Shown in pieces: positions 25,817-39,311 of a stretch of 64,000 nucleotides of DNA. Position 1 is the first letter of the stretch. The number at the start of each line of letters is the position of its first letter. Both the position numbers and the translations under genes were made by a program. The notes below the pieces were generated by a model, which was not told where the DNA came from, ran no database searches, and saw only the letters and a program-made list of their open reading frames with translations. Source of the stretch: Vermamoeba vermiformis. Lineage: Eukaryota. The stretch spans positions 248,001-312,000 of the forward strand of contig JBEWZL010000257.1 in NCBI GenBank assembly GCA_045837725.1, written 5' to 3'.

Positions 25817-27053
25817 ATGGAGACATTACCAGGAGATGTTATTGTGGAAATATTATTTCACATTCACAACAGTTTAGATTTCTGTACGACTGCTGTCAAT
25901 ATTGCCTACACAACTAAATTTTTTTCGAGTGTCATTAGATCCGATCTAATTTGGAGGAAAGCCTTGGACATTTTTTTCAAAGTTACCCCAAATCAATATG
26001 ACATAGGTACGGCCTATCTATTCCGTTTGCTAATTTTAAATAATTATTTGTTATTTATTAGGAAATTGTAAAAGATTGTTTTTTGGTTACGTTACCGCTA
26101 CACCTGTCGATGGATTGAAAATAGTATTAAATACTGACAGAAATATTATAAAATATGGTGAAATAATGAATTTGACCACGACACTGATCGTAAGTTCAAA
26201 ATTGTAAATGAAAAAGAGAGCTAACAATAATTTATTGAGAATACTAAAGATGAAAAAGCTGCTATTGATATATCAATGGGCAAAAGACACTTTTTAAACG
26301 ACGGCAGTGCGTATACTGTTCAACATTCTTTCAGCTCTTCAGCAGGCGTGCATCGCTTTAAGTCCGAACGAGAACTCCCTACCGGTACTCAATAAAATGC
26401 TTTATTGGTAAATTGCGTTAACAATCGTTTATATAGGGTTATCAATGGCCAGAGTCAAAGAGCAGCCTTTAGAGCCGCATCAATCCGTTCAATTTACCAC
26501 TCAAGCACTGTTGCGAAGGTACGACTTCAGGCCATTTTATTGCAGAATGTAGTGCTTACTTCAATATCATGTTAGGGAACCAAGCAAGCCCCGAGTACAT
26601 ATGCTAACACACGAAATATCACCTGAATTGAATGCATTTGAAGTGCCGTTCGAGGACGGCAAAGTGCCTCTGAAGAGAAATCGGCTGCAATTCAAAGAAG
26701 GCTACATTGAGCTGGAGCAGAAAGAAGTCGACCAATTGGCGGATGATTTTTACTCGAATAGATTAACTGCGCTGAACTTACGCCATGTAAAGCCGCCTAA
26801 TCCGAAATACACTGTTTACTTGCAGGTCAGGTTGTCGCATCTGATCGGCTTTAATAGGTTTGGACGGCGCGAGACGACTACGATCTATTCCAATATCGTA
26901 CCACTCGTTATAGACCTCACTAGCTCTGCTGTAGCACCAACCAGCCCTTTACCAAAAATAGCAAGTCCAAGCTCTGTACCCAGCAATGGTGTCAAACGAA
27001 AAGCTGAGAATGAAGCTGAAGATCAACCTGTGGCGAAAAAGAATAAATCTTGA
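25817..27053 (+). CDS. F-box protein with uncharacterised C-terminal domain and terminal NLS-like motif
   Basis: N-terminal METLPGDVIVEILFHI...LIWR is F-box-like. The C-terminus KRKAENE...AKKNKS resembles a bipartite NLS. Internal exons are approximate. Confidence 0.6.
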
Positions 27054-27133
27054 CGTCCTTCATTGTTTGTTGCTCATTAAATGAAGCTGAGCACGATCCA
27101 TTTTCTTATTATTTTAATCTGACGAGCAACACC

Positions 27134-27933
27134 ATGAGCCGTTTATTATTGAGGCAAATCGCTAAATTGTCCTCGCGACAAGTCACATCAAGCACTCGTC
27201 ACGGTCTGTTTTCAGTCTCGCGCACTGCTACTCGTGTTGCTTCGAGCACATCCGTAAAACAAACCAGCTTTGTTTGCGCTTTTAAGAGCGAGAAGAAATT
27301 ATTCAGCACATCTGCTCGATTATTGGAAGAGAATGATGAAGGTAAACAACTATTTTGAAAGCGATAAATATCTGATCTAATTATTGTATTTCTGTCAATA
27401 ATTCCCCAATAGTTTAATACAGCTTTTAACGCGATAATAATACATACAAAAATCATTGAATAATACTACTAATTAATATGCATTTTTAAATATTTTTTAA
27501 AGCGAGTTAGAAGTTATTTGTTCGATCCAAAATTAAAACCGTTGATCCGATTTATTAACGCACAGTAACTCACTGCTTGACAATTATAGATGTTAAGATT
27601 ACTACTGGTTTGGTTGGTCTAGAAGTTCAACCCCACGGTCGCGAGATTCTGATCAAGCTTTACGAAAAAATTATGGATTCACTCAAGGACTTGCCTGAGG
27701 ACAACCCTCTTAAGAAATTTTACGGTACTATTATCAACCAACGATTGCCAATTTTGCGCTCAGTCACAAACGTCTTTGAACTCGAAAAGCAATTGGATGC
27801 AGGTCAGCTTGAAGAAATGATTGTGGATGCACAGAACCAGATTGACCACGTCTTGCCGCTCATGTTGAAAGAACAGCCTTGGAACAGCGATAAGTGGCAC
27901 ACCATCCCTGTCATTCACTCTGACGTCAAGTAA
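27134..27933 (+). CDS. NDUFA5: Mitochondrial complex I accessory subunit NDUFA5 (B13)
   Basis: TTGLVGLEV..REILIKLYEK...LEKQLDAGQLEEMI...PW. Exon 1 is an Arg/Ser-rich mitochondrial presequence. Confidence 0.88.
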
Positions 27934-28505
27934 GAGTCCAGCAAAATATTCAGGAGGTTTGGTAAGCCACATCCACCTCTGATTGTGTTGCGCATTTGTC
28001 AATAATATAATATCGAAGTAATATTATTCAATAAAGCTATCTATCCTACACACTTCTAATTCTTTCCGCTCGACACGCTTTTTTGTTGTTACTGCGACAG
28101 ATGTACTTAGAGGATCTATTCCGATCAGCCATTTACTTAGAATCGAGCTATTCTAATAATCTTATTGTTTACTTGGCATCTATTCTCATATTCCCCAATG
28201 GGGTCTATATTAAAGGCCATCAGACAATTCTGCACCGTTCAGAAGTGCGTGTCCTGCCTGACGGACTTGTATGTTAATAGAAGTTTTTTTTTTTTGTAGT
28301 TTCGGGACGAATAGAACACGTGCTTACTATCTGGAGGTGAATCTTCAACTCACGACAATACATAACGCTAATTATTCTTTCAAAAACCGAGGATGTATAC
28401 GAGAATTCAAGCGATCTGAGTCGACACGTCGCGCGCCTAGCAGTCCATAAAAGGCAATTTGAAATTGATTTTGAAACAATTGTCCGAGTTGAACACCACG
28501 CAACA

Positions 28506-29927
28506 ATGAACGGCTTAAGAAAAGGAATATGGCTTGCTTATGGCTTGAAGGAATTTGGCCACAGAGGCTACGACAAAATGATTAAAAATGCTGATCCGAA
28601 CGAACTCAATGTTAGTTTGCAAGGAAAATCATTTATGGTGACTGGAGCCAATCAAGGACTTGGATATATTACGGCAAAACAACTCGCAGAGCGTGGAGGT
28701 AATTTACAGAATTTTCACAATTTTTTTTATTTTGACGGATGTATCTTTATTAGGCCAAGTTCATTTGATTTGCCGTAATAAAGAAAAAGGCGAAGAAGCG
28801 CTCGACAAAATTAAAAAGGAGACGAATAATAGCAATGTTTTCTTGCATGTTGTTGACGTCAGCAGCACGAAACAAATACGCGAATTCGCAGATCGATTTC
28901 AAAAAGAACAAAAGTCGCTAGACGTGCTTATCAACAATGCATCTATAATGCCAAACAAGCGGTACGTCTGTGGCACACAAAATATGCCTAAATCCTAATT
29001 CCTGTTGTCATTTAGAACACTTACGGATGAAGGGTTCGAATCCACTTTTGCTACCAACACGCTTTCAACGTTCTTATTGACAAACCTATTAGTACCAGTA
29101 TTATCAAAGTCCAATAACAATCCTCGGTAAGTATTTAGACCAATCCTAAGAAATTTGTAACGGATTCGCGAACTCAACCCAAATTTACAATCCAATACTA
29201 ATGATATATGTAGAGTGATAGTAGTGAGCTCGGGAGGTATGCTATTAGAGCCACTCGATACTACCGACATCCCACTCGAGAAGCTTGATCCATTCGACGG
29301 CGTGGCTGCTTATTCGAGAACCAAACGGCACCAAGTAGCGTTGACTGAAAAGTTCGAAGAGGTGTATAAGGACACTCCTATATCATTCTACAGCATGCAC
29401 CCTGGATGGGTAAGTCTACATCCGCCTCTGCGTAACAATTCTAACAAGAATTCAGTCCGACACTCCTGGGTTTGCGACTCAACTGCCAGGATTTTATAAG
29501 ACTTGGAAGAATATGATCAGAACTACTGAGCAGGGTAAGTTATCTTCAATGGATTGATTGAAAATGTGTTTCGAATTGAAGATTCTTTCGGCCGAAACCG
29601 CACAACTAAAAATTAATATTTTTGAAATGAGATTTCGAGCGGTTGTTCTCACCTATTTATATGACTAGGCGTTGATACTATATTATGGCTCGCTGTCTCC
29701 GACAAAGTAAGTCCGTTAAAAGATCTCCGTCAAAGATACGTCAAGCTAAAATTTAAATTTGATTGCAGGTCAGTAAAAAACAAAGTGGTGAGTTTTTCCG
29801 CGACAGAGCCATTGAAAAGAAACATCTGCCATTAGCTCGCACCTCGTACACCAAGGACAAAGTGGATTCGTTGTGGAACAAACTTTGTGAATTGACCAAG
29901 TGGCATTTCGATAGACCAAGCTTGTAA
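28506..29927 (+). CDS. DHRS12: Short-chain dehydrogenase/reductase, DHRS12-like
   Basis: TGANQGLG, LINNA, VSSGGM, catalytic YSRTK and SMHPGW. The N-terminal YGLKEFG..GY extension is typical of DHRS12. Confidence 0.8.
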
Positions 29928-30227
29928 ATATTGATATTAAGCTCGATTTTAAATCATTACAGTATAACGAATGTAAATAAAGCATGTTCAAGATTTTCGA
30001 AGCTATTTTTGACATCTGTCAAATCGTAGGTGACACGCCAGTAAAAGATTAATTAATTTGGTCACATTATGAGACAATGTACGCAAACAATGGATTTATT
30101 TTACAATTTTCACAGGTATGGGGTTCAAAAAAGGGTATATTATAACATGGGAGGGGTTTTGTTCTTTCTCAAAATTGTTGTCGGTTTAACGCTCGACAGA
30201 AGCGGATCCAATATTGACTGAAGGAAA

Positions 30228-32259
30228 TCAGTTGATGTTGTAGATGTCAATAGTGCTGTTGTTTTGATTTTGTGCGTAATCATTGTAACTTTGTTGTTGC
30301 GGGTAAGTATTTGTGGTTGAGGTGGATCCGCTACTTGGCATCGGGTTGTTGAGCGATGTGATGTTAGTGAAGTATTGGTTCGAGTGTGATGTGACACTAG
30401 GCACCGAGTGGAAGTCAGGCATTTGAATTTTGACCATGTTATCGTATTGCGTGCTCGTTCCGTTCTGTTGATGTCGAGTGGTTCCGTTAGTGTGCGCGTA
30501 CGGAGCAGTGTTGTTTTGAGCGGTGTGACCATTGCTGTAGTGGTTCAATGTTGAAGGTGTGTTGTACGCGTGATGTTGATAGCCGTTCTGAGTGTTAGAG
30601 TAGTTGTTATCGGCTTGAGGTTGATAGTACATGACACCAAACGCGGGTCTAAAGAACGAGTAGTCATTGCCTCCAGAGTAGTAGCTGGGCACGAGAGGCA
30701 CTTGCTGTGTATCTACGTATTGCTGTGATTGATAGTTTGGCCGTTGAGGCTGCATGTAAGTCTTGTTATCAGGTTGGAATGCGTCGTAAGTGCGTTGTTT
30801 GGTGTGCGTGTGACCATTAGACTCTACTTCTGACTTGACTTTCCGACGAGTGGATGCCACGACTGTCTCAACAGGAGATGCAACAGGTGAAGTGCGTTGT
30901 TTTTTGCGAGGATATTCAATCTCGTACTCGTCGTCGTCCGAGAAGGAGTTGGATCTCTTTCGGTGTGAAGCAGAGCTGCCAGTGCCAGCAGAACTCTTCG
31001 ATTTGAATCGCAATTCGAGCTCGAGAGGAGTTTCGGTGAATAAATCAGCTTGGATGGTTTTATCCTTCTGTTGAGAAAATGGAACGTGTCACTAAGTGTC
31101 AAAAACAAATTTTCGATAAACGGAGTTGTGAACCGTCGAAACTAAATATAAACGCAATCTCGAATGATGTGATCGTTAAATAATTCGGTTACGGCCAAAA
31201 ACAACTTGTTGGTCCCTCGTAATAATTCAAGACCGAGAAAATTGAATCAGCTCGAATTCTCTTTGTGGAGGACTTACCATGCACTCTCCGCATTGAACAA
31301 ATACAAAACTTTTCGTAGTATAGCCTAATGCTTCATAAGGATTGAGTTTAACAGTTTTGGTACCAGCTGGGGCGTGATCGCTGTGGACTGGAGTTAGTGA
31401 CCGTTCATGAAAATGTATCGCGACAATTTGTGAGCCGTGTAAATAAATATTATGGCATCTGGAGTGGCTTGGATGCGGAGAATCTGTACTTACAAGCAAT
31501 AGGCGCTGGGGCAGGTGATGCATCTGTAGATCTTGCCGCGCGAGGTGGAAGTCTGAGCTCCGCAAGCAGCGCATCGATGGCTCGGGCATCCCCTGATAGA
31601 AAAAAATCAGTTTGCTATTGATTAAGACACCTCGCGAGTTTAATTTAAAGAGTTCTAAAACAGGAAATTAACTCCGATACTTCAGTGAAGATTATACTTT
31701 AAATTTTGTATTATCGCGGGATGAAATTACGCAGGTCTAAGAATCAATTTCGTATTTCACTGCTTTAATTTTTGCTTAATTGAAAGTTTGGATCTAATCT
31801 CCAGATCAGGGAAAACAATTTTGAAGTGCAACAATTTACGACATCCATCCACGTTTTGGATATACATACCATCTAGGTCTCGAGATTTTTGTTCCTTTCG
31901 GCAAACAATTCAAGTGAAATACGTTCGGACAAAAGCTGCATTCGAGCACTGGACCTTCCGTCAGTCTGCAACAGAAACATTCGTTGGCATGCTAAAGGTT
32001 AGAATTAATATCGTAGGCTAGAAAATCTATATAAATCATAAGTGGACCGCGGCAGATCTACGGCAGCACAAATTGAAAAACCTTCAATTTTCATCCTCGG
32101 ATTAATCTTTATATTGCCCTTGTACATACCACCATAGCGCTAGACTTTGAGTCGGCACCACTGGCTTGCTTCTTGGTAAAACACAACTTCTGCACGCGTT
32201 GAGTTATCATCTGATCCGAATAGTTGCAATAAAGTGGAACTTACCTCTGCTGAGAGCAT
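30228..32259 (-). CDS. PHD finger + C5HCH-type zinc finger protein with N/Q/Y-rich low-complexity C-terminus
   Basis: Spliced small exons give ECFCC..LECSFCPNVFHLNCL..WGCPSHRCAAC..IYRCITCPSAYC..H..QCGEC, followed by the N/Q/Y/T-rich exon 30228-31067. Confidence 0.75.
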
Positions 32260-32984
32260 TCTATATAAGATACAAAGGTAAGCCTTGGTAGGAGGAATAG
32301 GGTAAGTGAGTTATACAGGGACGTGTTGTCACTCTAAGCTTGGCTTTGAAAGAAAAGTCAAGCCAACCAGTTTTTCCGGTATTTCTCTTGTTGAATACTG
32401 CCATAAATAGAAGCTTAAAGACATGTTCTTGACGTTTTTAAAATCTTGAATTATAGAGCGTTTGCTTTAATCCATACAAATAGGGAAAGGGTGGCCAAAA
32501 ACCTGAAAACCCCGCCGTAATAACAGATCCGAGCAATTTCCATAAACGGAGTCTTCGTTGTTTTTCAGTCACTTGCCCCAACTTATCGACCAAACAGCAG
32601 CGTGCCGCAATCGAAGAGGGTTTTAGCTTAAATTACCTCTTTTCAGACCGTAGAGTAAAATTTACGAACGATCGACAGTCGATCCTTCTAGAAAAGAAGG
32701 AAATTGACCTCAGCAAATATCCGAACGCTAGATGGCGATGATTCATCCCATTATTCTTGTAAGGGACTGTACCAGTGATGAGATCCAAGTTCAAGTTCCA
32801 TGACTTGCCATTTATAGATCCGTAAAACTTGCTTCTGTGAACAATGTATTTTTGTTGACTGTGGGAGCTACGAATGTCCCGACGTCAAAATGTACTTTAA
32901 TTAATTATACTACTTACAATCCACTAATATCTCGTGGCAGATCGAGCATCTGGTAGTGGAAGCAAATGCTGAAAAGCCATTGCT

Positions 32985-35116
32985 CTATTTCCGATCGAAC
33001 AACGTGGCAATTTTAGGCTTATCTTTGGGCTTATTGTTGTTGGCGCCAGGTCTTACGATGTTGTTGGGTTTAGGGAGCGGATTTGGAATGATATTGTCGT
33101 CATCGTCGTACATGTGATCCTCATCCACTTCTCGACGTCGTTGGAGACCGAGCTCTGCGATAGGCTTCACGGCCTTGCATTTAATTCCCTTCTTCTCCAA
33201 TTGCCCGTGTCCCTACGAGATCGTGCAATGAGAATCAATAACTATAAATTCAGCACGTGAAAAACGGTGCCGTCGAGAAAGTTCGTCATAATTTTAAAAA
33301 TGGATGCGTTATTGAATTTGCGTGTGTCAGAATCGTATTCTATGTGAGATCCATCGAGCATCTGTTGCACTTGTTTCAGCAAAAAGAATTAGATCGCACT
33401 TACGCAATCACAGAAGAACCGACTAAACTTGGGTGGAGAAATTTTGTGGCCCTTGTGGCATGTCTCTGTCGAACAGCATCATTAGTCGATGAATATAGCG
33501 TGTCGCAATTGCACATTGAAATTTAAATTATACGCTAATTTTAGATCGCGCGTTTAAAATTAAACCGGGAAACTCCTTAAATTCTTACCAACGCAAACCG
33601 AGCAAATGCCATATCGACAGCGTAGATTGCAAGTGTAACAGTCGTGCCAGCTCTGCGACAGATAGGTTTTGTCTCCAGTAACTGAAAAAGTGCAGGCATT
33701 CGCTACAGTACAAAAGAACGGATCAGATCGACTGAATAAAAAGCTTTTACGAGTATCTAAAGCATTCGGAATACGATAAAGATTCTCGCCTTGAAGATAA
33801 TTTAAAATGATCCATATAAGGATGTGCCACATTCATAATTATTCCAAAGTCTAAATAAAACTCTCCAATTTTCATCTGATTGGCCTCAGCGTAATTACTA
33901 TTGTAACGATAATAGCGGCATTATAGATGCTAAATGCCTCTTGCCGTCAAATGTGAGCTGACGGATGAGTACAGATGGTGAAAGATTGATTTGACGTCGT
34001 ATTCTTGACTTACCGATAATGCACTTCTCGATGAGCGGATCCATCGCAAATCCTTGGGTGAGCGTGAGGTTGCGATAAGCGATATCTGCCAGCTCTTGAA
34101 TCTCGGTGTTCGAATAGTGGCGTTCTTTAACGACCATAAACAACGACTTGAAGTCATGTTTGTTAAGTTCTTGTCTGACACCTGCACGAGAGTTTAAGTC
34201 AGATCCGATCGTAATCGTTAAAAGCTTAATTTAGCGACGCACGAATCAATGTTACGCTCTCCGCTGAATCGCTATGTAATAGCAATCAGATTAAAAGTGA
34301 CAGGGATCTATGACACCTCAAGAAGGTATCATGCTTCCAGATCACTATTATTCGATGCTAGAGTATTAATAACGTAATACGAGCGTTTAAATTTAATAGG
34401 AAAATTAAAAACGGAGCTCGAATTTGACTTATTTAGTTCGTAAATTTTCCGCGTACTAAAGTGGCGATGCTTTAAGTACTATATAATCAGCGTATTTAAA
34501 ACATGATTGAACATGTTTGGCACGTATTAAATACCCCGAATGTAATTCAAAAACTTGATGTCTAGCGGCTAAAGTTTCGAATAACTTTCACATGATTGTG
34601 ATATAAATTTGTTGCAGGTATATCTTCAACTTACCCAAATCGCAGCCCAAATTCCAAGCCAAATTTATCGCTTCTTTAACGAGGGACTTGTCTTCGATGT
34701 ACTGACTTATCAGCTGCTTCAAGAATGGGATTCCACCGTTCTCTGCGATAATCATGCGGTTCTCTTTGTAGAACGCGTAGTGCATCAGCGCGTATAGCGA
34801 ACGATCGATTAAGTCCTTCTTGTCTTGGTAGGCCCTATAAATACGTAAAATATCAATAAACCGTAGACATGTGCCAGGGCCTGTGATTCGTCCCGTTTGT
34901 CTTCCAACTAGCGCGTTCAAATTTACCACGAATATTGAAACAAATGCGCCATATCGATCAAATTTACTGCTAGGACGTAGCTTGCACGCTAGACTACTCG
35001 GCAATTCGAATTTTAATGGTTAAAAAGTGTCACAATTTCGAAAAAGGAAAATTAATCGGAAAAAGATTTACGCGGAATTAATCGCCGCAATTAACAGCTG
35101 CGTTTCGCGATCCTTT
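32985..35116 (-). CDS. ARM-repeat + UBR-type zinc finger protein (5' end unresolved; may continue the calpain gene)
   Basis: ARM-like ENRMIIAENGGIPFLKQLI...AINLAWNL. UBR-box CTFSVTG..YLSQSWHDCYTC..GICSVC..CHKGH..FFCDC. Confidence 0.65.
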
Positions 35117-35196
35117 TAGGACTATGGTAATATAGGCTGTGTATATTACTATCAAAATTAAACTAGCGCGTTTGTTTCCATTCTGTTGTCTCAAAG

Positions 35197-38100
35197 TCAC
35201 CTTGGAGTTTTCGCATCTCGTCCACTTTGTGAACCGGAGCTAAAAATTAATCTCCTTTGTTTTGATTGACACAGATTTGTGAGAGCGAACGGTCGATAGC
35301 GGATCGAACAACGGAAGCTCAAAAAGATATGTCTGCTACTTACTTCATGTATAAAATAATGGCTAAGCTTAGATCCGACATGCTGTGCGCAGGTATGCGC
35401 TCGATCTGCAGGTTTTCCATCGGGGTGTTGCTTAAGAAAGTCATATTCCACTCAACGCTTTCGAATTTTACGGTTCCTAAAATATACGAAATTGTAAGTT
35501 ATGAAACGGAGTTGGATGTCACAAATTGAAAAATCCAATTATTGGATCTGTTCGCTGAAATATTTCATTGAACATAAGATTCTATTGTGCAACGTACCAA
35601 TTCTTGCAGAAACCACCAACAAGTAGTCCTTGCCTGGCTCTAACGTCGTTTCCAACGTAACCTCCCTTTTGCCAGCATCGCCTTTAAGCAAATATTCGTA
35701 AGTACTGGATTATAATTGCTATGGACTCAAATCCATCCAATTCCTGTCCATAATTACGCAATAAACAGCCTTCAGCGTTTTAACTAAAAATTCAATTTCG
35801 ATGGCGAAGCGTTTTCTTTTTCAGAACATCCGTAGTAACTGTACATACCAGTAGCAGCCACGAAAATGAATCGTTCCAGATGCGATGAAGCATTTTTGTT
35901 CCTTTCGAGTATATAGAGGCCATGTCTGTTGTCTACATCTGCACCGCAGGAGAAGCGCAAGTCCTTCTTCGACAACGTGACGTACACTTTGGTCGCAGTT
36001 TGTACTCGAATATTCATCTGAGCACCGTGAGGGGTTTCATTCGAATAGACGCCTATCAAAAGGTTAGATCAGTCCTACTACATCCGTGCAACGGTTCAGT
36101 TGAGTGGCACGTACCATCAATTCTAGTCTTAGCCCATCCATCTACCTCACCAATTTTACACACGGCAATATCACCGAAGTGTTTCAAGAAGTCTTCCCAG
36201 CAGATCCAGAACGCACCAGGCTCAGACTTGAAGTTGACCAATTGCTTCAACTCGTCAGTCCATCTGCTTGATTCATCGCTCCAATCTCCGAGCCACGAGA
36301 AGTAGCCCCAGGGGTTGCGCAATCGGAGCAATTTGTGGCCACGAACCTCGCGTACATCGAGCAGACCGTACGCGTGGTTATTGACCAAACCGTATTGCTA
36401 GAATGAGTGCGTTAGATTGGTATTATGACAATATTTAATTAAGACCTACCTTCAAATTGAAGCCCGACGCCTTCTCATCAATAGTCAAATGGCGCGTGGC
36501 ACAGCCCATCAAGAACCCGTTCTGTTTAATGAGGAGGTATTATTATTAACATGTAATAACAACAATATACCTGTTTGTCCGACAACAACTTCTTCCAAAC
36601 CTCGTTACTAAACACGATGTAAATAAGTTGAAGAGACTGCAAATAGTTCTAAGCTTACGGATCCTCAATGCCCAAGAAGTACGAGATGCACGGGGCTCCT
36701 GTCAAGTCATAAAGCGATTCTTCAAGTGTACCGGCAGTGAGGGCTTGGTACGACTTGTTGAGCTTTGCATAACCTGCGTTGAAAGGTAAATAGGTTGATA
36801 TATTGACTATATGGCACGACGTACCTTTCTCGAGTAAGCAAACCCAAAGATCGTTCTGAGCTGAGTGCGTGAAAATAGGTCCGTACAACAGCGAACCACT
36901 CGGCAACACCTTTTGGAAGATTTCAATGTCGAATGGCGCGTAGCCAGTCTTGGCCAAGCACGGCAAATAATCGTCCACGACTACTTGGACCCATTCTTCA
37001 CCGCTGCGATATATGGTATAAGATAACGTACGTAGACAAATTAAAACAGTGCCATACCGATGGAACTGCACGCAATAGACTCCTTGTGGGTTGATCTCGG
37101 TCGTCACCATCAACTTGAGCACGAGTTCAGGACGTGCTGCAATGACGGACAATGCGCCTAAGAACCAACAATCGCCCAATCTGCCTTGCTGAATATCACT
37201 CGGGTCAATTCTTCCAGCGAATAGTGTAGGCTTGGCTGTTGAGGAGAAGAACTCTTCGGGTCTCTTCCAAGTGACAGGTGTCTTGTCTTTCTCTTTCAAG
37301 TCTTCCATGTCAATGTAAAGTGACGTCAGCAGCGGTGCGAACTCGGGATCTGTGAATTTGCGACCGCTTCGCTTGCAAGCCATTAGCACTTCGGTATAGC
37401 TGTTACCACTTTCCTTGAGACCGGGTACTGCTTGGGCCTTCATTTTCAATTTAGTCTCGCAGTCTTGCGACAACAAATAATCATCCAATGTCGCTGTTCT
37501 TTGTGTGCATTTAAACTTGAAGCTCCAAGGTTGATTAGCGTCGACTGGCGTAATATCGATGACGTGTCTGCGGACTTTCTCGTTCAAAGGCAAGAATACC
37601 TTAACGAACGGTGAAACGATCTTGGACATGTTAACATTCTGCGTGTCACTGAGTGTCAGCTCGAGGCAGAAGGGTATCTGTTGCTCGGCAAGATTGTTGT
37701 CTACTTCGAACGTGTATTCGCTCCTCAGCTTTGTTTTGTGCAAATAAATGCCCTCAGACAAGTACTTCATGCTCGTTGTAGGCTGGCTGTCCCGCACTGG
37801 ATCGACGCTAAAAGAAGGGTTAAATACTATCATCACTAAACATATATCTATACCTTTCAGTTCCTTCGTCCAGTCGCTTGGTCTTTTCTTCCTCTTCTTT
37901 CTGTGCCTGCTCAATTGCCTCTTTCAATCGACTGATTGCGAGCTCAAGTTTTCGTCTATGAGGAATTTGAGTCACGCCCAATTGTTGCACTAGCTGAGTA
38001 GATCCCAGTGATAATAACTTTGCACCATCTACTCCAAGCTTGGTGAAGTTGTCTTTGTACTCAGACAGCCCTAAGCTCTCGATCCACACGAGTACTTGTT

Positions 38101-38696
38101 GCTGAGACCAATTCTTGACGTGTGCGCTGTCAGCAACAGTACCCACCGGGCCCGATTTTTGAGGGCTGTCTGAATTTGCTTGTGGCTGACTTATTGTCGA
38201 GTCAATCTCCATTGGGGTTGGCTCATTATTTTTAGGCGCATCTTGCTTTTGCTGTTGCCCGTCTTCGATAATTTGGGAGATCGTGGTCATTTTTTGCATT
38301 ACCAATGCCTATCAGTAATTTTTTTAGCGTTAAATGGTTAAGAACAACGCAAGCTGGTAGATCTGACCTCTCGCACAGAGTTTTCTTCTTCCTCTTTTCT
38401 TTTTTTGTCCTCTTCCTTTAATTTGTGGATATTATATTCGATTTTTCTTCCGTGCATAATATTCTGAATTCCTAAAAAATTATAAGTTGAGAAAAGTGAA
38501 TTAAAATTCGGATCTGTCACTAATTCTCACCAATTTTATCGAAATCGCGCAATGTCAATGTCAATAATTTTTCTCCAGTGACAGCATGCTTCGTCATATT
38601 TTCTTTGTATTGGGGAAATTGAACAGCTTGCTCCATCCACTGGGCAGCCTGTTCAGCTGTCCACAAGGAAGGTGGGGTGTCAGTATATGAAGCCAT
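35197..38696 (-). CDS. Calpain-family cysteine protease with two N-terminal SAM domains
   Basis: SAM1 WTAEQAAQWM..VTGEKLLTL (exon from ATG 38696) and SAM2 WSQQQVLVWIESLGLSEY..DGAKLL. CysPc has QGRLGDCW, NHAY and LRNPWG (full triad), followed by a domain III-like region. 3' end uncertain. Confidence 0.85.
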
Positions 38697-38930
38697 GCTG
38701 GTTTGTGCTAGTTATGATACAATAAATTACAACCAAAGATTTGGACGTCAAATTCACAAGACCCTTCCTTAATAAGAATTTGTCACGTGCGGAGCAGGCG
38801 CCTAAGTAAGCCTCGTAGTCGGCTATTAGGTGATCATAAGATGTCTACATTTATGCCTTGATGAGCCAATTTCGTTGTTTGGTCCCTCGTGTAACTTTTG
38901 TTCGCATCTTGTTTTCTTACCGTTTTTTAT

Positions 38931-39311
38931 TTACAAGTTATGTACACAGTTGTTGATAACGTTTTCTAGATTATTCAAGTCAGTCCGTCCGAGTAACCGA
39001 TTGCAATAAGTGTCCAATTCAGAGGATTGACCTTTGTAAGGCCGTTAGTTAAAATTAAGTTTGAGGATGTCGATCGAATACCGTTTTGCACGTCTGCGGT
39101 AATTACCTTGAGTTTTGGATACTTTAAAGTCGAAGCGCGGAGTGACGGTGGTTCTACTCCTAATAACAAATGGCGAGTTGGTTGAAGCAGGGGTGCTCTG
39201 CGGCACATCGAGTTCTGTCGATGCGACAACAGATGGCTTGCTCTCTTCCTTCAGAGCGACAAGTGGTTGCCGTCCCTTCCTTCGTCCCGTGGTCTTACGT
39301 TGTCTTGACAT
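38931..39311 (-). CDS. Small basic hypothetical protein (2 exons)
   Basis: ATG at 39311 (MSRQRKTTGRRKGR). One GT-AG intron at about 39033-39105 extends the frame to a TAA at 38931. Confidence 0.35.

Noticed and set aside
28083-28295. Hairpin-rich segment with a T-run, or a small exon-like ORF, between NDUFA5 and the SDR
   Set aside because: No snRNA, snoRNA, RNase P/MRP or SRP motifs were recognised and no coherent spliced protein could be built. Unresolved; it needs an Rfam scan and RNA-seq.
29032-29043. GGTTCGAATCC, resembling a tRNA T-loop
   Set aside because: It lies inside an SDR exon (EGFEST) and there is no cloverleaf.
38575-38700. Two long plus-strand hairpins suggesting an ncRNA
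   Set aside because: The minus strand encodes the first SAM-domain exon of the calpain gene (ATG 38696), so the hairpins are probably incidental.
31206-38890. Shared TTGGTCCCTCGT at about 31209 and 38879
   Set aside because: Only two copies, with no terminal inverted repeat, target-site duplication or transposase, so it cannot be called a mobile element.
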